Source: the human T2T-CHM13v2.0 reference genome, Homo sapiens
Assembly: GCF_009914755.1 (NCBI RefSeq)
Contig: NC_060938.1
Length of the DNA: 64,000 bases
Strand: one strand, 5' to 3'
A program made the position numbers and the translations under genes. The notes below the pieces were generated by a model. The model worked only from the letters and a program-made list of their open reading frames with translations. It was not told the origin of the DNA and did no database searches. Numbering within the stretch: position 1 is the stretch's first letter; every line of letters begins with the position of its first letter. Shown in pieces: positions 12,970-27,922 of this stretch.

Positions 12970-13060
12970 TTAAATGCTTCTTTAAAAACCTTAGAAGGAG
13001 AAAGAAACCAAATTTATATTCAGTTGTCTGAAGTTGATAAAACAAAGGAAGAGCTTACAG
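12970..13060 (+). CDS. MIA2: MIA2/CTAGE5 coding exon, 91 nt ([30 protein letters not shown])
   Basis: Long pyrimidine tract then taaag|; donor |gtaggt; phase 0-1. Confidence 0.97.
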
Positions 13061-14295
13061 GTAGGTCATTGACATACATACTTTTAATGTTTTTCTAAGT
13101 AAGTACATCTCTTTGCAGAGAATGGTAAAAATGAATTGAATTAACTTTGGGAAGATCCAATTTTATTTTTTTTTAACTTTTGTTCCTGTTGGGTATTTGT
13201 GAAACATTAGTCCTGGTTTTTGTTGTCATTGTTGCTAAAGGCATATCGATTTCCTCTGTATTTATGTGAAGTTAAAATAAGGAAATTTTTTAAAAAACAT
13301 GTAAAACCGTATTTATCTTCGAATTACAGTGTTATGTGTTTGAATGGTTTTAGATGTTAAAAAGTAGCAAATTGAAACTTAATGTTTAAAGTCTTTGTTA
13401 ATTGAAAAATTGATCTTCAATAGTGGTACTATTTGCAGTATGATTCGTTCCTTTAAGGTACATACGTAGTATATTAGTACATACGAGAGTGATGTTAGAC
13501 CTGTAGAAATGAAGGTGTTGTTTTAATTGAAAACATTTATGTTTATTTTGCTGATAGTGTTTGTATTTTCAAAAAGTAAACAAGTTCTGTCAATATGTTT
13601 GAAAATTTTTAAAGTTGAGATAACTAGCATCTCATTTTGTAAAAATAAAAAATATAAAGATTTACCATATGCGTTTGCATCAGAAAAGACTGGAAGGACA
13701 TACTCAAATGTCAACAATGATTATCTCTGAATATGGGATTATGGGCAGATTTTTATATTCTTTTTACTTATCTGTATTTTCAAAAACTTCTACAGTAAGT
13801 GAACTGCATTTATAATACTGTTTTAAAAGATTGAACCACCAAAGATAGAGGTTATTAAAAAATTATATCCCTACTCACATGATTATAGTAATTGGATTAT
13901 TTTTGGATTTCAAGAAACATTAGTATTAGTTTAAGAGAATGTTGCTATATGTAAAGCATTGTACTAAAAACTATGGGAGATAAACAGAAGGAAAAGATAG
14001 CTTACTTTCAAGGAAGCTGTATTTCAAAAAATGTGTGTAGAAAGTGCCAGAGTGGCAAGGAAATTTGCTCACCAGTTATCCCACTCCTTAATACAGTTTC
14101 CTGGCAAATCTTTGTTTCTTTCTTAGACTAATACTTGGAGACCTATGTCTCCTTGTACTCTTCTTTCAAATCTAACTTTGTTTTTTTAATGGATCATGAA
14201 AGATAAATTTCTGTAATTGATGTTTTATTCATAGCATGAAGATTTTCCTCTAAACTGTTTCTTCCTTTTCTGGTAATCATTTACAGTGGTCTTTA

Positions 14296-14682
<387 letters not shown>

Positions 14683-14909
14683 TTACAATAGGGATGATTA
14701 AATTTTAATAGAGATAATACCCAACGTTAATTTCTTTACGTGATTGTTCTTGGCAATGGCTTAAAGCCTAGGTCAATGAATTTTTTTTTTTCTGATGTAG
14801 ATTAAAAAATTTCTGTGGAAAGATAGTTACGTACAATTTCCTATACATTTAATCATTTAATGTTTAGGTATTTATGTAAACTGTTCTTTTGGTTTGTATG
14901 TTTAATGGG

Positions 14910-15309
14910 TTATATTAGTCCGTTCTCACATTGCTGTAAAGAACTACCTGAAACTGAGAAGTTTGTAAAGAAAAGAGGTTTAACTGGCTCATGGTTTTGC
15001 AGGCTGTACAGGCTTCTGCTTCTGGGGAGGTGTCAGGAAATTTACAGTCATGGTGGAAGGTGAAGGGGTAGCTTCCTTACATGGTGGGAGCAGGAGGAAG
15101 AGAATGAAGGGGGAGGTGTTACACACTTTAAAACAACCAGATCTCATGAGAACTCTATCATCTAGGGGGAGACAGCGCTAGGAGGATGGTGATAAACCAT
15201 TAGAAACCACCCCCTTGGTCCAATCACCTCCCATCTGGCCCCACCTCTAACATTGGGAATTACAATTCAACATGAAAGTTGGATGGGGACACAAAGCCAA
15301 ACCATATCA
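14910..15309 (-). mobile_element. MaLR solo LTR (MST-like)
   Basis: tattagtccgttctcacattgct...caaaccatatca termini typical of MST/THE1 LTRs. Confidence 0.82.
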
Positions 15310-16053
15310 TGAGGGTTTTAGAATAATTAAATACCATTACATGTAATTACTAAAATTTTCATGCTTGTTAATACTGTTTCCAAAACTTCCCTCTTTAGGC
15401 AGAGTGAGTTTTGTCTTTTAAGATTTGTGGTGGTGATTCATATACACGTTACAGGAGATGATGCCTTCCTTCATCTTAGAGGAGTTGAGGTTATTATCTT
15501 GATACCTTAATGTTAGAGTTGTTCAGAGTTGGTACTTCAATTTTAGAGGCGCTCAGAGTTGAGGTAATTATGTTAGAAGAGAAACGAGGTTTTTAAAAAA
15601 ATTGATGCATAAATTATAAAGCATTCATAATTATTTAGAATGATTCATTTTTATTTTATAGATTTTTTTAAAGATGGCTTAGCGGTTGAAACAACGCTTA
15701 AAGTTGGTATTTTTCTCTCTGGTCTTGATCTGTTTTAAACTAGGAGTATGTTTGGGCATTTGTTATGAGAAGATCTAGATTTCTGGCTTGACTTATATGT
15801 CAAAATTTTAGCTTAAAAGGGAGGGCTAGGTAGAATTTAAGTATTATTAAGAGAGAAAGTTTTTACTAGATAAAAACAGGCATTATTCATCACCTGGAAA
15901 TAGTTTTACGGGGAATGTTGAACTACAATATCTCCCTTTAAAACTCTTATCTCCAAAACCTTCCTGAGAACTTTAGTGGCGTTTAGCTCTAAAATTGAAA
16001 ATTAGATGCTAGAATTAGAATGTTGAAGGTGTTGGGAATCCTATAAATAATAA

Positions 16054-16395
<342 letters not shown>

Positions 16396-16427
16396 TAGCT
16401 CCTTAATTCAGATATTAATGCACTCAA

Positions 16428-16970
16428 TGGAGCACTATTCAGCCATCAAAAAATAATGGGATCCTGTTTTGTGGCAACATGAGTGAGCCTATTTTAAGTG
16501 AAATAAGCCACACGAGAAAGAGAAATGGCTCATGTTCTCACTTATATATGGGAGCTAAAAAAGTTGATCTCATACAAGTAGAGAGTGGAATAGTAATAGT
16601 AATATGAGGGTGGGAAGTATAGAGGGTAGGGGGTTAGGGAGAGGTTAGTTAGCAGATACAAAATTATAACTAGATAGGTGGAACAATTTCTAATGTTCTA
16701 TAGCACTGTAGAGTGGTTAGTTAAGTTGCTGTATATTTATATTTCTTTTTCTTAGATCTACTTTATCTGTCATATTGTTATTTTTGAATAGCTAGAAGAG
16801 AGGATTTTGAATGTTCATAACATAAAGAAATGACAAATGTTAGAGGCGATGGTTATGCTAATTACCCTGATAGGATTATTACACATCGAATACCTATATT
16901 GAAATATCACACTGTACCACATAAATATGTACAATTTTTATGTGTCAATCAACTAATAACAATAAAAGCA
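16428..16970 (+). mobile_element. Old L1MA 3' end
   Basis: atggagcactattcagccat...catgttctcactt...ttaccctgat...tgtgtcaat. Confidence 0.75.
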
Positions 16971-17124
16971 TTTAGGTAAACAGAATCCCTTATAGATTTT
17001 CTGTTATTGGAAAGAGTTTAGTTTATTAATAATTTATTATTTTTAGTAATTTTTATCTTTCTGAAATGTTAATATGCAACTCAAAATGTTTCTCCTTTAA
17101 TTATGACTTAAAATTTTTATATAG

Positions 17125-17263
17125 AGCATATTAAAAATCTTCAGACTCAACAAGCATCTTTGCAGTCAGAAAACACACATTTTGAAAATGAGAATCAGAA
17201 GCTTCAACAGAAACTTAAAGTAATGACTGAATTATATCAAGAAAATGAAATGAAACTCCACAG
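17125..17263 (+). CDS. MIA2: MIA2/CTAGE5 coding exon, 139 nt ([17 protein letters not shown]...ENEMKLHR)
   Basis: tatatag| and |gtaata; phase 1-2. Confidence 0.97.
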
Positions 17264-17599
17264 GTAATAAAAATTATGTTAACTCCATTGAACAGCAAGT
17301 AAAATAGCTTTAGAGATATATGTTACATAGTTAGCTATAGTGATTATTGAAAGTTCTCAATTTATGATTAGATTGTATTTCATCAACTTATTTTTAAGAA
17401 AGGTATTTGATCTGGAGACACTTTTTTTCAACAAAGAAAATATTGTAAGTGATGTTGGAATTTCCAAGCTAGTTAACAGAATCCTCTTTAGCTCCTAGTA
17501 AGTAGTCAGCAAATTATTGCCTTAAACTTCCTAATACTGGCAGGGAATCTGAATGGACACTCTTGATTAAACTGCCCATTAATTCCATCTCTGATATAT

Positions 17600-18477
17600 G
17601 TAAAACTGATTTTTCTGTTCTGTGCAAATTGCTTCTGCCCAGGTGTTCCTTGGCTTAGTAAATGGCAGTGTCCTTTACTTAGTTACTTAGGGTGGCACCT
17701 CAAGCTGTTTTTGACTTCTCTCTTGCTTTTATATCTCCTATTTATTCTGTCATTAAATCCTGTCAGCTTTTTTATAGCCTGAATCTGACCACTTTTTACC
17801 ATCTTCCATATTAGTCTAGTCCAAGTCATCAACAGTTAATACCCGGCTTATTATAGTAGCCTTATGGGTAGTCTCCTTCTTTCCGCCCTTTCTCCTGCAC
17901 TGTGTTTTCTCTGCAACATGCAGGATGACCCTTAAAATGTGAATTGTGAGTATGGTCACTCTCGTGCTCAAAATCCCTGAGTGCCTTTATATCACACTCA
18001 ACCCACAGCTTTTATATCTTGGCCTACAAGACAGTACAGGATTGGACCCTTGGCCACCTCTTTAATTTTAGCTTATTCATGTTCTTTTTCCTCTCAGTAC
18101 CCTCCATCCAGCACTGGCCTTTTTGATGCTCTTCAGCACATTGACCTTAGGGTCTTTTGTGCTTGTTCCTTCTGCCTGGAATGATGTTTCCTTATATATT
18201 TGAATGGCTCAGTTCTTCATTTTATTAGGCCTGGGTTCAAATGTTACCTCAAAGAATCCTTCCCTGGCTACTCTAACTAAAATAATACCTGCTACTCTTT
18301 ATTCCCTTATTTTGCCTCATGGCTCTTATTGTCCTCTGATTGATTGCTTTTCTTTCTTTTATCTTCCTTACGTTAAATACAAGCTCTGAGAGAAAATTAT
18401 TTTCTTCACTTCTGTATTCCCAGTGCCTAAAGCTACATGAGACGTGTGGTAACTGTTCAGTACATGTTTGTTGAATA
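17600..18477 (+). mobile_element. L2 3' portion
   Basis: Diverged L2 3' end, ...cccagtgcct...gtttgttgaat. Confidence 0.65.
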
Positions 18478-18698
18478 TATGTACAAATATGTTCAGTGCC
18501 TTTATATATTGGAGTGAAGGAGTGTGTGTGTGTACATGCTGTTGCCTAAATGCCTAAGTACACTGAAGACCCTTGAGATATCTGAAGACTCTAGATTTTC
18601 AAATAGTGCCATGGCATGTATTTTTTTTTTTTTATCATAAAGGGTAATAAAATGTAACAGACTTTCAGGTTCCTTTAGGCTCTTAATGATAGTTATTA

Positions 18699-19351
18699 CA
18701 GTTGTTCCTTATTATTTATAGAATCTGTATTTGTGAATTGACTTACTAGCTAAAATTTATTTGTAAATCAGATCAGTACATGCAAAGCTTTTGTAGCCAT
18801 TCATGGACATATTCAGAATGATGAAAAATTTGAGTTGCCCAATGTGCATGTTCCCAGCTGAGGTCAAACAAGGTGACACTCTGCTTTCTTGTTTCAGCTC
18901 TCATTCTGTAAACAGGTGTCCTTTTTACAGTATATTTAGTGCCTCATTTTTTACATTTTTATGCTTTTTGCTGGTGATTTAGCTGTTTAAAATGCCCCCT
19001 AAGCATAGTGCTGAACTGCTATGTAGTGTTTTTAAGCACAAGAATGCTGTGATATGTGTTATGGAGAAAATACATGTGTTAGATAAACTTTGTTTAGGCA
19101 TGAATTACAGTGCTTTTGGCTGTGAGTTCAATGTCAATAAATTAACAATATATATTAAAGAAAGTATCTTTAAACAGAAGCACACAAAAAAACAAGGTTA
19201 TATATTGATTGGTTGATAAAATTGTTGTGACCAGAGGCTGTAGCAGGAAGCTAACCCTGTATTACCCTTAGGAGCAGTGATCTAGTATTTGCTAATTTAC
19301 GATGTATAGTGACTTTATGGAACAAAACTAGCACAAATAATGAGAATCTAC
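18699..19351. mobile_element. TcMar-Tigger non-autonomous element (MER82-like)
   Basis: About 650 bp with diverged inverted ends cagttgttccttattatt / aataatgagaatctact. Confidence 0.7.
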
Positions 19352-20030
19352 TTTATCTATTTGGAAACTGGTAGAGAGTACTAATGCTTCTTTGAGATCA
19401 GGATGCTGGGTAGTGCTTGGCTCATTCACTGCCAAGTTCTGTACTTCAGTCATGATTTGGATTCAGTTCACAATTAAAAAGCTGTTATTTGTTATGGCCC
19501 TTTGGCCCTTTGGGACTGCTCAGGGTATGCAAGAGACTAAACGTGACAAAATGGAAGAATTACAGTATAACTTCAGGGTTTTTCAGCCAGTATACCTAGG
19601 AGTGGGCCCTTCTTTTTAGGTTAGAATGAAAGGTATTAAAGTAAAACTTGGATATAAAAGTGATTGAGGTGAAAGAAATATTTTTGAGTGTATCTTTTGA
19701 ATAAAAAAAGTATATGGTTGATTATAGAATTTTGATGAGTAATGTTTAACATTTCAAAGAAAAGGTATTTTCTTTAGATTTTTAAAGGAAGGATAGGAAA
19801 CTGAGTAGTACCCTAGTTGTGTGTGTTGTTCACAGGATTTCATTCATTAGTTTAAAATTATTTTAAATTCCTAAAATATTTTACATTTCCTTCTTATATT
19901 TAACTAGCAAGTAGTTTATATTACTGAAATTTAATGAATTATGCCATTGGCACTTCTTCAGAGTAGAATATTGAGTTGATAGTACCAGTGAAGTGTTTAT
20001 GGATGTTGGCTTGATGTTTTTCATGACTGA

Positions 20031-20420
<390 letters not shown>

Positions 20421-20438
20421 CTTGATGTGTTACTTTAA

Positions 20439-20757
<319 letters not shown>

Positions 20758-21289
20758 AAGATATGATATTTTTAAGTCATATCATCAGGTCTCCTTTCAC
20801 AGTGTAATTTCTATTATTAATAGGCCCACCCAAATTCAATGGGAAGGTACATAAACCTCACCTTTTATCAGGAGAGGTGTCAAAGAATTTCTGGCTATCT
20901 TCAGTCTACACAGTCTGTAAAAACACATCTCTCTTCCATATCCATGCCCGTCGCACTTTCGTGCTTTTCCTAAGGAGATGACTTATTTTCTTATAACATC
21001 CATGAAAGTGATTGACCTTAGGGAATGCTTTCTAAGCAATAGGTAATGTAGTGTGTAGAATACAAAATATTTACTGCCATACTGCAAGACTTCTTCAGTA
21101 GTTTGTCTTGTTCTTCTCAAAGTTCATGAAGAAGGGAAGATATCCATTTAGGACTCCAAATGTGTTTTCCTGTGGTGTTCAATAAATATTTCTTGGGTGA
21201 CCAAGATATATTAATGATAGTATGTGAAATGAAACAACATGGGTATTATAGCATAAAAGAGTCACTGCTTATGAGCTCTAGGCTTTGGT

Positions 21290-21440
21290 TTAATTATTTC
21301 TCTGTGCTTCATTGTCGTTTTTGTAAGATGGGAATAACAGTACCACCCTTCTTGTAGAGCTGTTGTGGTAATTAAATAATACATGTAGAAGTCTGAGAAC
21401 AGTTTTTGGCACATACTAATGGCTCAATAAGTTATCTATT
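21290..21440 (+). mobile_element. MIR
   Basis: tgtaagatgggaataacagtacc...tggcacatac...ctcaataa core. Confidence 0.6.
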
Positions 21441-21965
21441 ATTATTATTAATAGAATTAGATGTAGTAAATAGGACTGCTACTACTACTGTTTACTTTGG
21501 TTTCATTGTAATTATAATTGTGTGTGTGTGTGTGTGCGTGTGTGTTTACTTGCCTGGAAGCCTAATCACTAACCAATATAAAAATTAACGAAACACATTT
21601 TATTAATTGGTGACTTCTTACTAGCAAATGTAATGCTTGTTTATACAGAAAGACTTGATAAGTGATAGTCATAATAGTTTTTATTAAATATATCTTTGAT
21701 CCTATTTTTAAGATAAATTTATATAGAAAACTCTTGAAACTATTAGTAGTTCTGTATTAGACACAATGCTTTACAATTTCGGTTTATAATAAATTCAACA
21801 CCAGGAATATTTACACAGATACTTTTTTTTTCCTTGTAGGTGATGTTTTCAGTGGTATTTTAGAAATCATTTGACAGGAATCACCAGTTTTTTCACAATT
21901 AAAAATATAGAATTGATTATCTTTTGACATGTATTAAGAGAATTATAACATTTTTTGTTTTTAAG

Positions 21966-22067
21966 GAAATTAACAGTAGAGGAAAATTATCGGTTAGAGA
22001 AAGAAGAGAAACTTTCTAAAGTAGATGAAAAGATCAGCCATGCCACTGAAGAGCTGGAGACCTATAG
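21966..22067 (+). CDS. MIA2: MIA2/CTAGE5 coding exon, 102 nt ([34 protein letters not shown])
   Basis: tttttaag| and |gtatta; phase 2-2. Confidence 0.97.
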
Positions 22068-22695
22068 GTATTAAATACATTTTTCTGGTTTCTTTTTTGG
22101 AATGGGAAGAGTATCTAAAAAACTTAATGCCAGAAAAATAATAAATCAAATGAAAATAGAAAACATTTTAAAATCTGACAGGTGGTACAGACAAAAAAAT
22201 AATATATTTTTGTCTCATCACTTTTCATTCAGATTTCTTGGTCTTGAGCAATTATACAGAAAATATAAAGAGGAAAAATGTTTTTCTTTCAGGTTGTGTG
22301 ATTTTTAAAATCTCTCAAAGTTGAATATGGACAATTCTATTTTATGTTAGTGTCAATATGAATAGATATTAATTTTAAGGTCCTTCCTCATTGGTTCAAA
22401 TTGAGAAGAATGTATGTAATATTAGTGAATCAATAGGTGTGCCACAAAAAGAAGAGTGAGCCATAGAGCATTTGGAAGTATTTAAAAGACTATAAATCTA
22501 GATTTTACCTTGGTTTGATCCTTACTAGATCCCAGGAAATAGAAAATATAGAGAAAAAAAGATTCAGCAGTATCCCAAATAGTTGTGATACTTCATTTTA
22601 CCTCAGAAAGAGCAAGCTTGCTTTTTATCCAAAATAAGTTATCTTGTTAATCTCACAAAAGTACCAAGTAACATTTTACTTCACAATGGTTGCTA

Positions 22696-23027
<332 letters not shown>

Positions 23028-23365
23028 TGACCAACATCTGAATAAATCTTCTAGGATCATTCTTCTTAAAAATAAAAAAAAAACAACACAATATACCACG
23101 TAAATATTTATGTGACTTTGGGTTTAGGTAAACTCAAGTAGTAGTATTAAGTTGTAATCAATGTTAAAATTAGTTTAGGAAAAAATATACTGTAGAACCT
23201 GTCAGAGGTGATTATTTCTTAATGTGGAGTTCTGGAGTTTTTTTTTTTTTTTTTTTCATGAAGTAGAGCATTCTGGGTTTTCTAATAAATATTTTTTTAG
23301 TAGAGAGTATGTTCTGTCATTTCATGTTATATGTTAATAGTAGAATAATTATTCGTTCCATTTAG

Positions 23366-23426
23366 AAAGCGAGCCAAAGATCTTGAAGAAGAATTGGAGA
23401 GAACTATTCATTCTTATCAAGGGCAG
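23366..23426 (+). CDS. MIA2: MIA2/CTAGE5 coding exon, 61 nt (KRAKDLEEELERTIHSYQGQ)
   Basis: catttag| and |gtatat; phase 2-0. Confidence 0.97.
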
Positions 23427-23427
23427 G

Positions 23428-23487
<60 letters not shown>
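23427..23487. repeat. (AT)n(GT)21(AT)n microsatellite starting at the splice donor
   Basis: Direct inspection. Confidence 0.95.
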
Positions 23488-23626
23488 ATTTAAAACAATT
23501 CTGATTTCTTTGAATTGATGCAGGAATATAATTACTTGACCAGTTGTATACCTCTTTTGAGGTGTTGCATGTGGCTGTGGGACATTTCCCAGGAGCCAAA
23601 GATTCTGAGATAAGAAATCTTATTTA

Positions 23627-23963
<337 letters not shown>

Positions 23964-24313
23964 TTGCCGTATCTCCTGCTGCTTTGGGAAGGTAGATTGC
24001 ATCACATAAATGTGTATCAACAGTGGGGTCTCATACTCAGTCAGGCTAGTTATATGTTAACTGGCAATTCCTGTTGATTATTACATAAAGTAAAAGTTTA
24101 CCAAACAAAAAATTTAATTGTCTTTACATTCAGTTTTTGTTTTAAAATATAATAGATTATGTATACATGAAAATTTGCTTTAAAAATGTTGCCTACTCTT
24201 CAGAGATGCTTGGGATAGTTTTGAGTTGTGCACTACATCATAGTGGTAGATGTGAATGTTTTTTACTTAAGAAAAATAATGGTCAGTAGCATTTTAATTA
24301 CTTTCTTTTTCAG

Positions 24314-24349
24314 ATTATTTCCCATGAGAAAAAAGCACATGATAATTGG
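24314..24349 (+). CDS. MIA2: MIA2/CTAGE5 coding exon, 36 nt (IISHEKKAHDNW)
   Basis: tttttcag| and |gtaagt; phase 0-0. Confidence 0.97.
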
Positions 24350-24999
24350 GTAAGTTTAAAATTTCCTTAAGTCTCTTTTGTCAAATTGTATTTTTTTTTC
24401 AGAAGATACGTTGTTTATTTAAATTAGATGAAAATAAATATAGTATTCTAAAAAATCAGTTTCTTTTAATTTTACAAGTAGTGAAATTATGTTCCTTGTG
24501 AACTAGTTTGTTCCAACACAGTTATTAGAAAAATCTGATTTTTCCTTCTTTGCTTTTATCACATTGCTTCTTTGAAAGGAGTTTATACTCCATGGGGAAG
24601 GTGATATAATGTTCATGGACTGATTGTTCCAGGGCACTGGATTGCCACTAATTAGTTGTGGACAAGCTACTTAAAATTCTTTGGGCCTATTTCCTCATTT
24701 GTGTAACAATGGGATTAGATTAAGTGATCTTAGAAGCCCCTTCTAGTTCTAAAAGTCATAAAATTCAGTTACCTGATCCTCAGTGTTGAATTACTGGGTA
24801 CACATTAAGAAAAGGGTCATCATGAGAAATAGTGTATTTGTGCTCCAGAGGAACTAACTGTGTGAGGAAGTGATGAGGATGCAGATTTTGACTAATTATA
24901 AGAAAGACACTGTAACATATAGGACTGTTGTAGTAGCTGGCCTTTGGAGTACTTGTCACTAGGAGTCTTCAGCAGTAGGCAGTTTGCACAGTGGGTGAA

Positions 25000-25195
25000 T
25001 ACATGGAGTCTGGAATTAGGCTGTCTTGGCTCATGTCCTGGCTTCATCACCTATCATCAGTTTTCTTACGTGTAAGATAGAGATAGCAGTAGTACCTATT
25101 TCATAGGGTTATTGTGATGATTAAATTCATGTAAGGTTGTTGCCAAATGCCTGACACACAGTATACATTCAGTGAATGTTAACTGTTGTTATTGT
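25000..25195 (+). mobile_element. MIR
   Basis: cagttttcttacgtgtaagat...cctatttcatagggttattgtg...tgcctgacacacagta. Confidence 0.6.
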
Positions 25196-26574
25196 TGTAG
25201 TGAAGCTTGGTAGGTATTTCTTAGACATGTTGGAGTGGAGATTCCAGCCTAGGGTGAGAGATTAGGTGTGGTGAATGTCTAGGTCCTCCTCAGTTGTAAG
25301 ATTCTGTATGCTTTAGTATTGAGGGTTCAAATGAAAATTTGTTACTAAATTAAGCTGGGCTTGGAGATGAATTTAGTTAACCACTGCTCACCACTTGTAA
25401 AATACTTAGGTGTAGATTACTCTTTGAAGATGGAGAGGTCCACACACAGTCCCAGGGTAAGACGGTAACCAGGCTGTTTCTGGAAGGGCAGCAGGAACAT
25501 CTTACAGATCTTACAGAGACACTGACTTGTAAAGATTAGAATGAAAACCACAAACAACAATGGCCAAGAAGGGAATATGCTGAGGCCCAGAGGTAACAAT
25601 TCCACATCCCTCCCTCACCGCTGCGTATTTAGTGAAGTCTTCTAAGGTAGATAAAGGTTATCTCAGATGACATGGGTAGAGGCTACAAAGAGACAGTTAA
25701 GCAGTTGGATATAAAGATCGGGACAGCCAGATGACACCTAGGATATATCTGTCCTCACGTGTTCTAGAGCACAGGGCAGGCAGGAAAACCCAAGGAACCA
25801 CAGGCTAAAGAATTACATATCAGGAAGGTCACTTGGGAGAAGCTCCACAGACAAGGTGTGTTTTTAGCTGAATTGGGATTGGTAGAGGGAATGAAAGTGA
25901 CACTGAGCAGTAGCTTGTCACACGCTCCAGAGCTGAGCTACCCACAGGAGCAGACGGGTCTGGGCAGAAGACAGTTAATAGGAGAGGCTCATATTAGTTT
26001 CTGAAAAGTCACATGGTAACAGAGTTTAACTTGTTTTTTAGGGAAAAAGTGTTCATTTCAATGAACTAATCACCCAATCAGATAGAACCCAGGCTGGCTG
26101 AGTTTAGAGTCCATGAGGCTCTGAACGTTTGACCCCAGGGTGGATGGGGACAAGGACATGGCTCACACTGTCAACTTTAGAGATTTGAGGGTAGGGGGAT
26201 AATAAAGTCTCAACTACACAAAAAGGATGTTTATTAAAATCTCTTGTGTTCTAGGCACTGTACTTAAAGGCCTTTTACATACATTACTTGTTCAATCTAC
26301 TCAGTAACTGTAAAGTTGGTACTATAATCCCAGATTTATGGATGAGGAAACAGCCTAAGGTCATGGACTAGAGGGTAAAGAGTGGGTATAGAAATTCTGA
26401 TCTTTCAGAGTCTAAGTCTTACACTTTTTCTTACTTCAGTGATTATGATTTGTATACCATTGTTGTGATATATATATATTTTTAAGAAATTTAATGAATG
26501 TTTATATTGACATATTTATGCTTATTTTTTAAGTTTATATAAATATATTTTTAAAATGTGTTATTTTCTTCAAG

Positions 26575-26642
26575 TTGGCAGCTCGGAATGCTGAAAGAAA
26601 CCTCAATGATTTAAGGAAAGAAAATGCTCACAACAGACAAAA
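26575..26642 (+). CDS. MIA2: MIA2/CTAGE5 coding exon, 68 nt (LAARNAERNLNDLRKENAHNRQK)
   Basis: ttcttcaag| and |gtaagt; phase 0-2. Confidence 0.97.
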
Positions 26643-27839
26643 GTAAGTATCTTAGTGGGAACATTTAAAATTAGTTATTCTGTTATTTCGTTAATTAGGT
26701 AATACTTTTATAAGGTTAAGCAAGAAAACTTGCAGTGAATCCAGCATATCTTGTGAGATATCTATTAGTTTTACTAGGAATGTCTAGTTTGTTTTGTCTG
26801 TTGAAGTACTTGTCTTAGGTCACTGAAGTGGCACTTGGAGGAAACTGTTAACAGATTATTCTGCAAAAAGTATAACTAGAATTTTTTTTAAACCAGTGTA
26901 GATGGATGGAGGTAAAAATGGATGGAAAGAGAAGGGGTGAATCTCTCTGACATAGTAATGCCCAGAATATCAGCCTCTTTTAATGGATAAGTAGATAGGA
27001 TAATATTCATTAATTTCTCTCATTTCCTGGTTTTGTAGTATTGGGTGACATTGTTTTACAATAATAAAATGAAAGGTAGAATAAAAGTCTACAATGTACA
27101 ATAGCAGGGAAGAATAAGTGCTTTTCTGTGAAGATGATAACAGTCTTCCTAGAGTGTTATAATTTCTTGTCACAATGTACTGTTAACATTATCCAATATT
27201 AGTTTTTAGTCCTCTTGCTTGTCTTTTCTAGTCTCAGAAATTAAAATCAAATTATTAAATGTTTTATATCTCATGATTAAGAACTAGAAATAAGATTCTT
27301 TTAAAATGTCACATTTGTAGGATAAAAAGTTTACGAGTAAGATAGTAGGACAAATTAATGGGATTTCCAGTGTTGTAACTGGAATCATGAGTGTCACGTT
27401 ACAATGGAAAGCATACATGACTCAAAGCCAGGAACCCTGTGTCTTAATCCAGGCACTTTCATTGTGAATAAATATTTAAACTCCTAGCCTCAGTTTCCTT
27501 AGTTGTAAAATGATAGACTGGTTGACCTTGGAGGACTCTTGTATTTCAAAAATTTGGATTCTGTGATATAGTACTCATGGTAGTCTAGTTTTGAAGAAGA
27601 AATAAAACAATTGTAAGGCTCCACATAACATCACTATCTCTAGGGCAGCAAGAAACTGATTACCCTAGTTAATAAGCAGTGGGAGATAAAGGTGTTTTGG
27701 TCAGAATAATTTTAGAGGATCTGTTTGTTCTGTGTAGATATTAAAATAGTGAAGAGCAGCTTGTAGTTGGTAGAGGCATTTTTTCTTGTGGTGCTTCTCT
27801 TGGATGAGTAACTTAGAGATGTTTGTTCTTTATTTGCAG

Positions 27840-27922
27840 ATTAACTGAAACAGAGCTTAAATTTGAACTTTTAGAAAAAGATCCTTATGCACTCGATGTT
27901 CCAAATACAGCATTTGGCAGAG
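27840..27922 (+). CDS. MIA2: MIA2/CTAGE5 coding exon, 83 nt ([27 protein letters not shown])
   Basis: tttgcag| and |gtagtc; phase 2-1. Confidence 0.97.
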
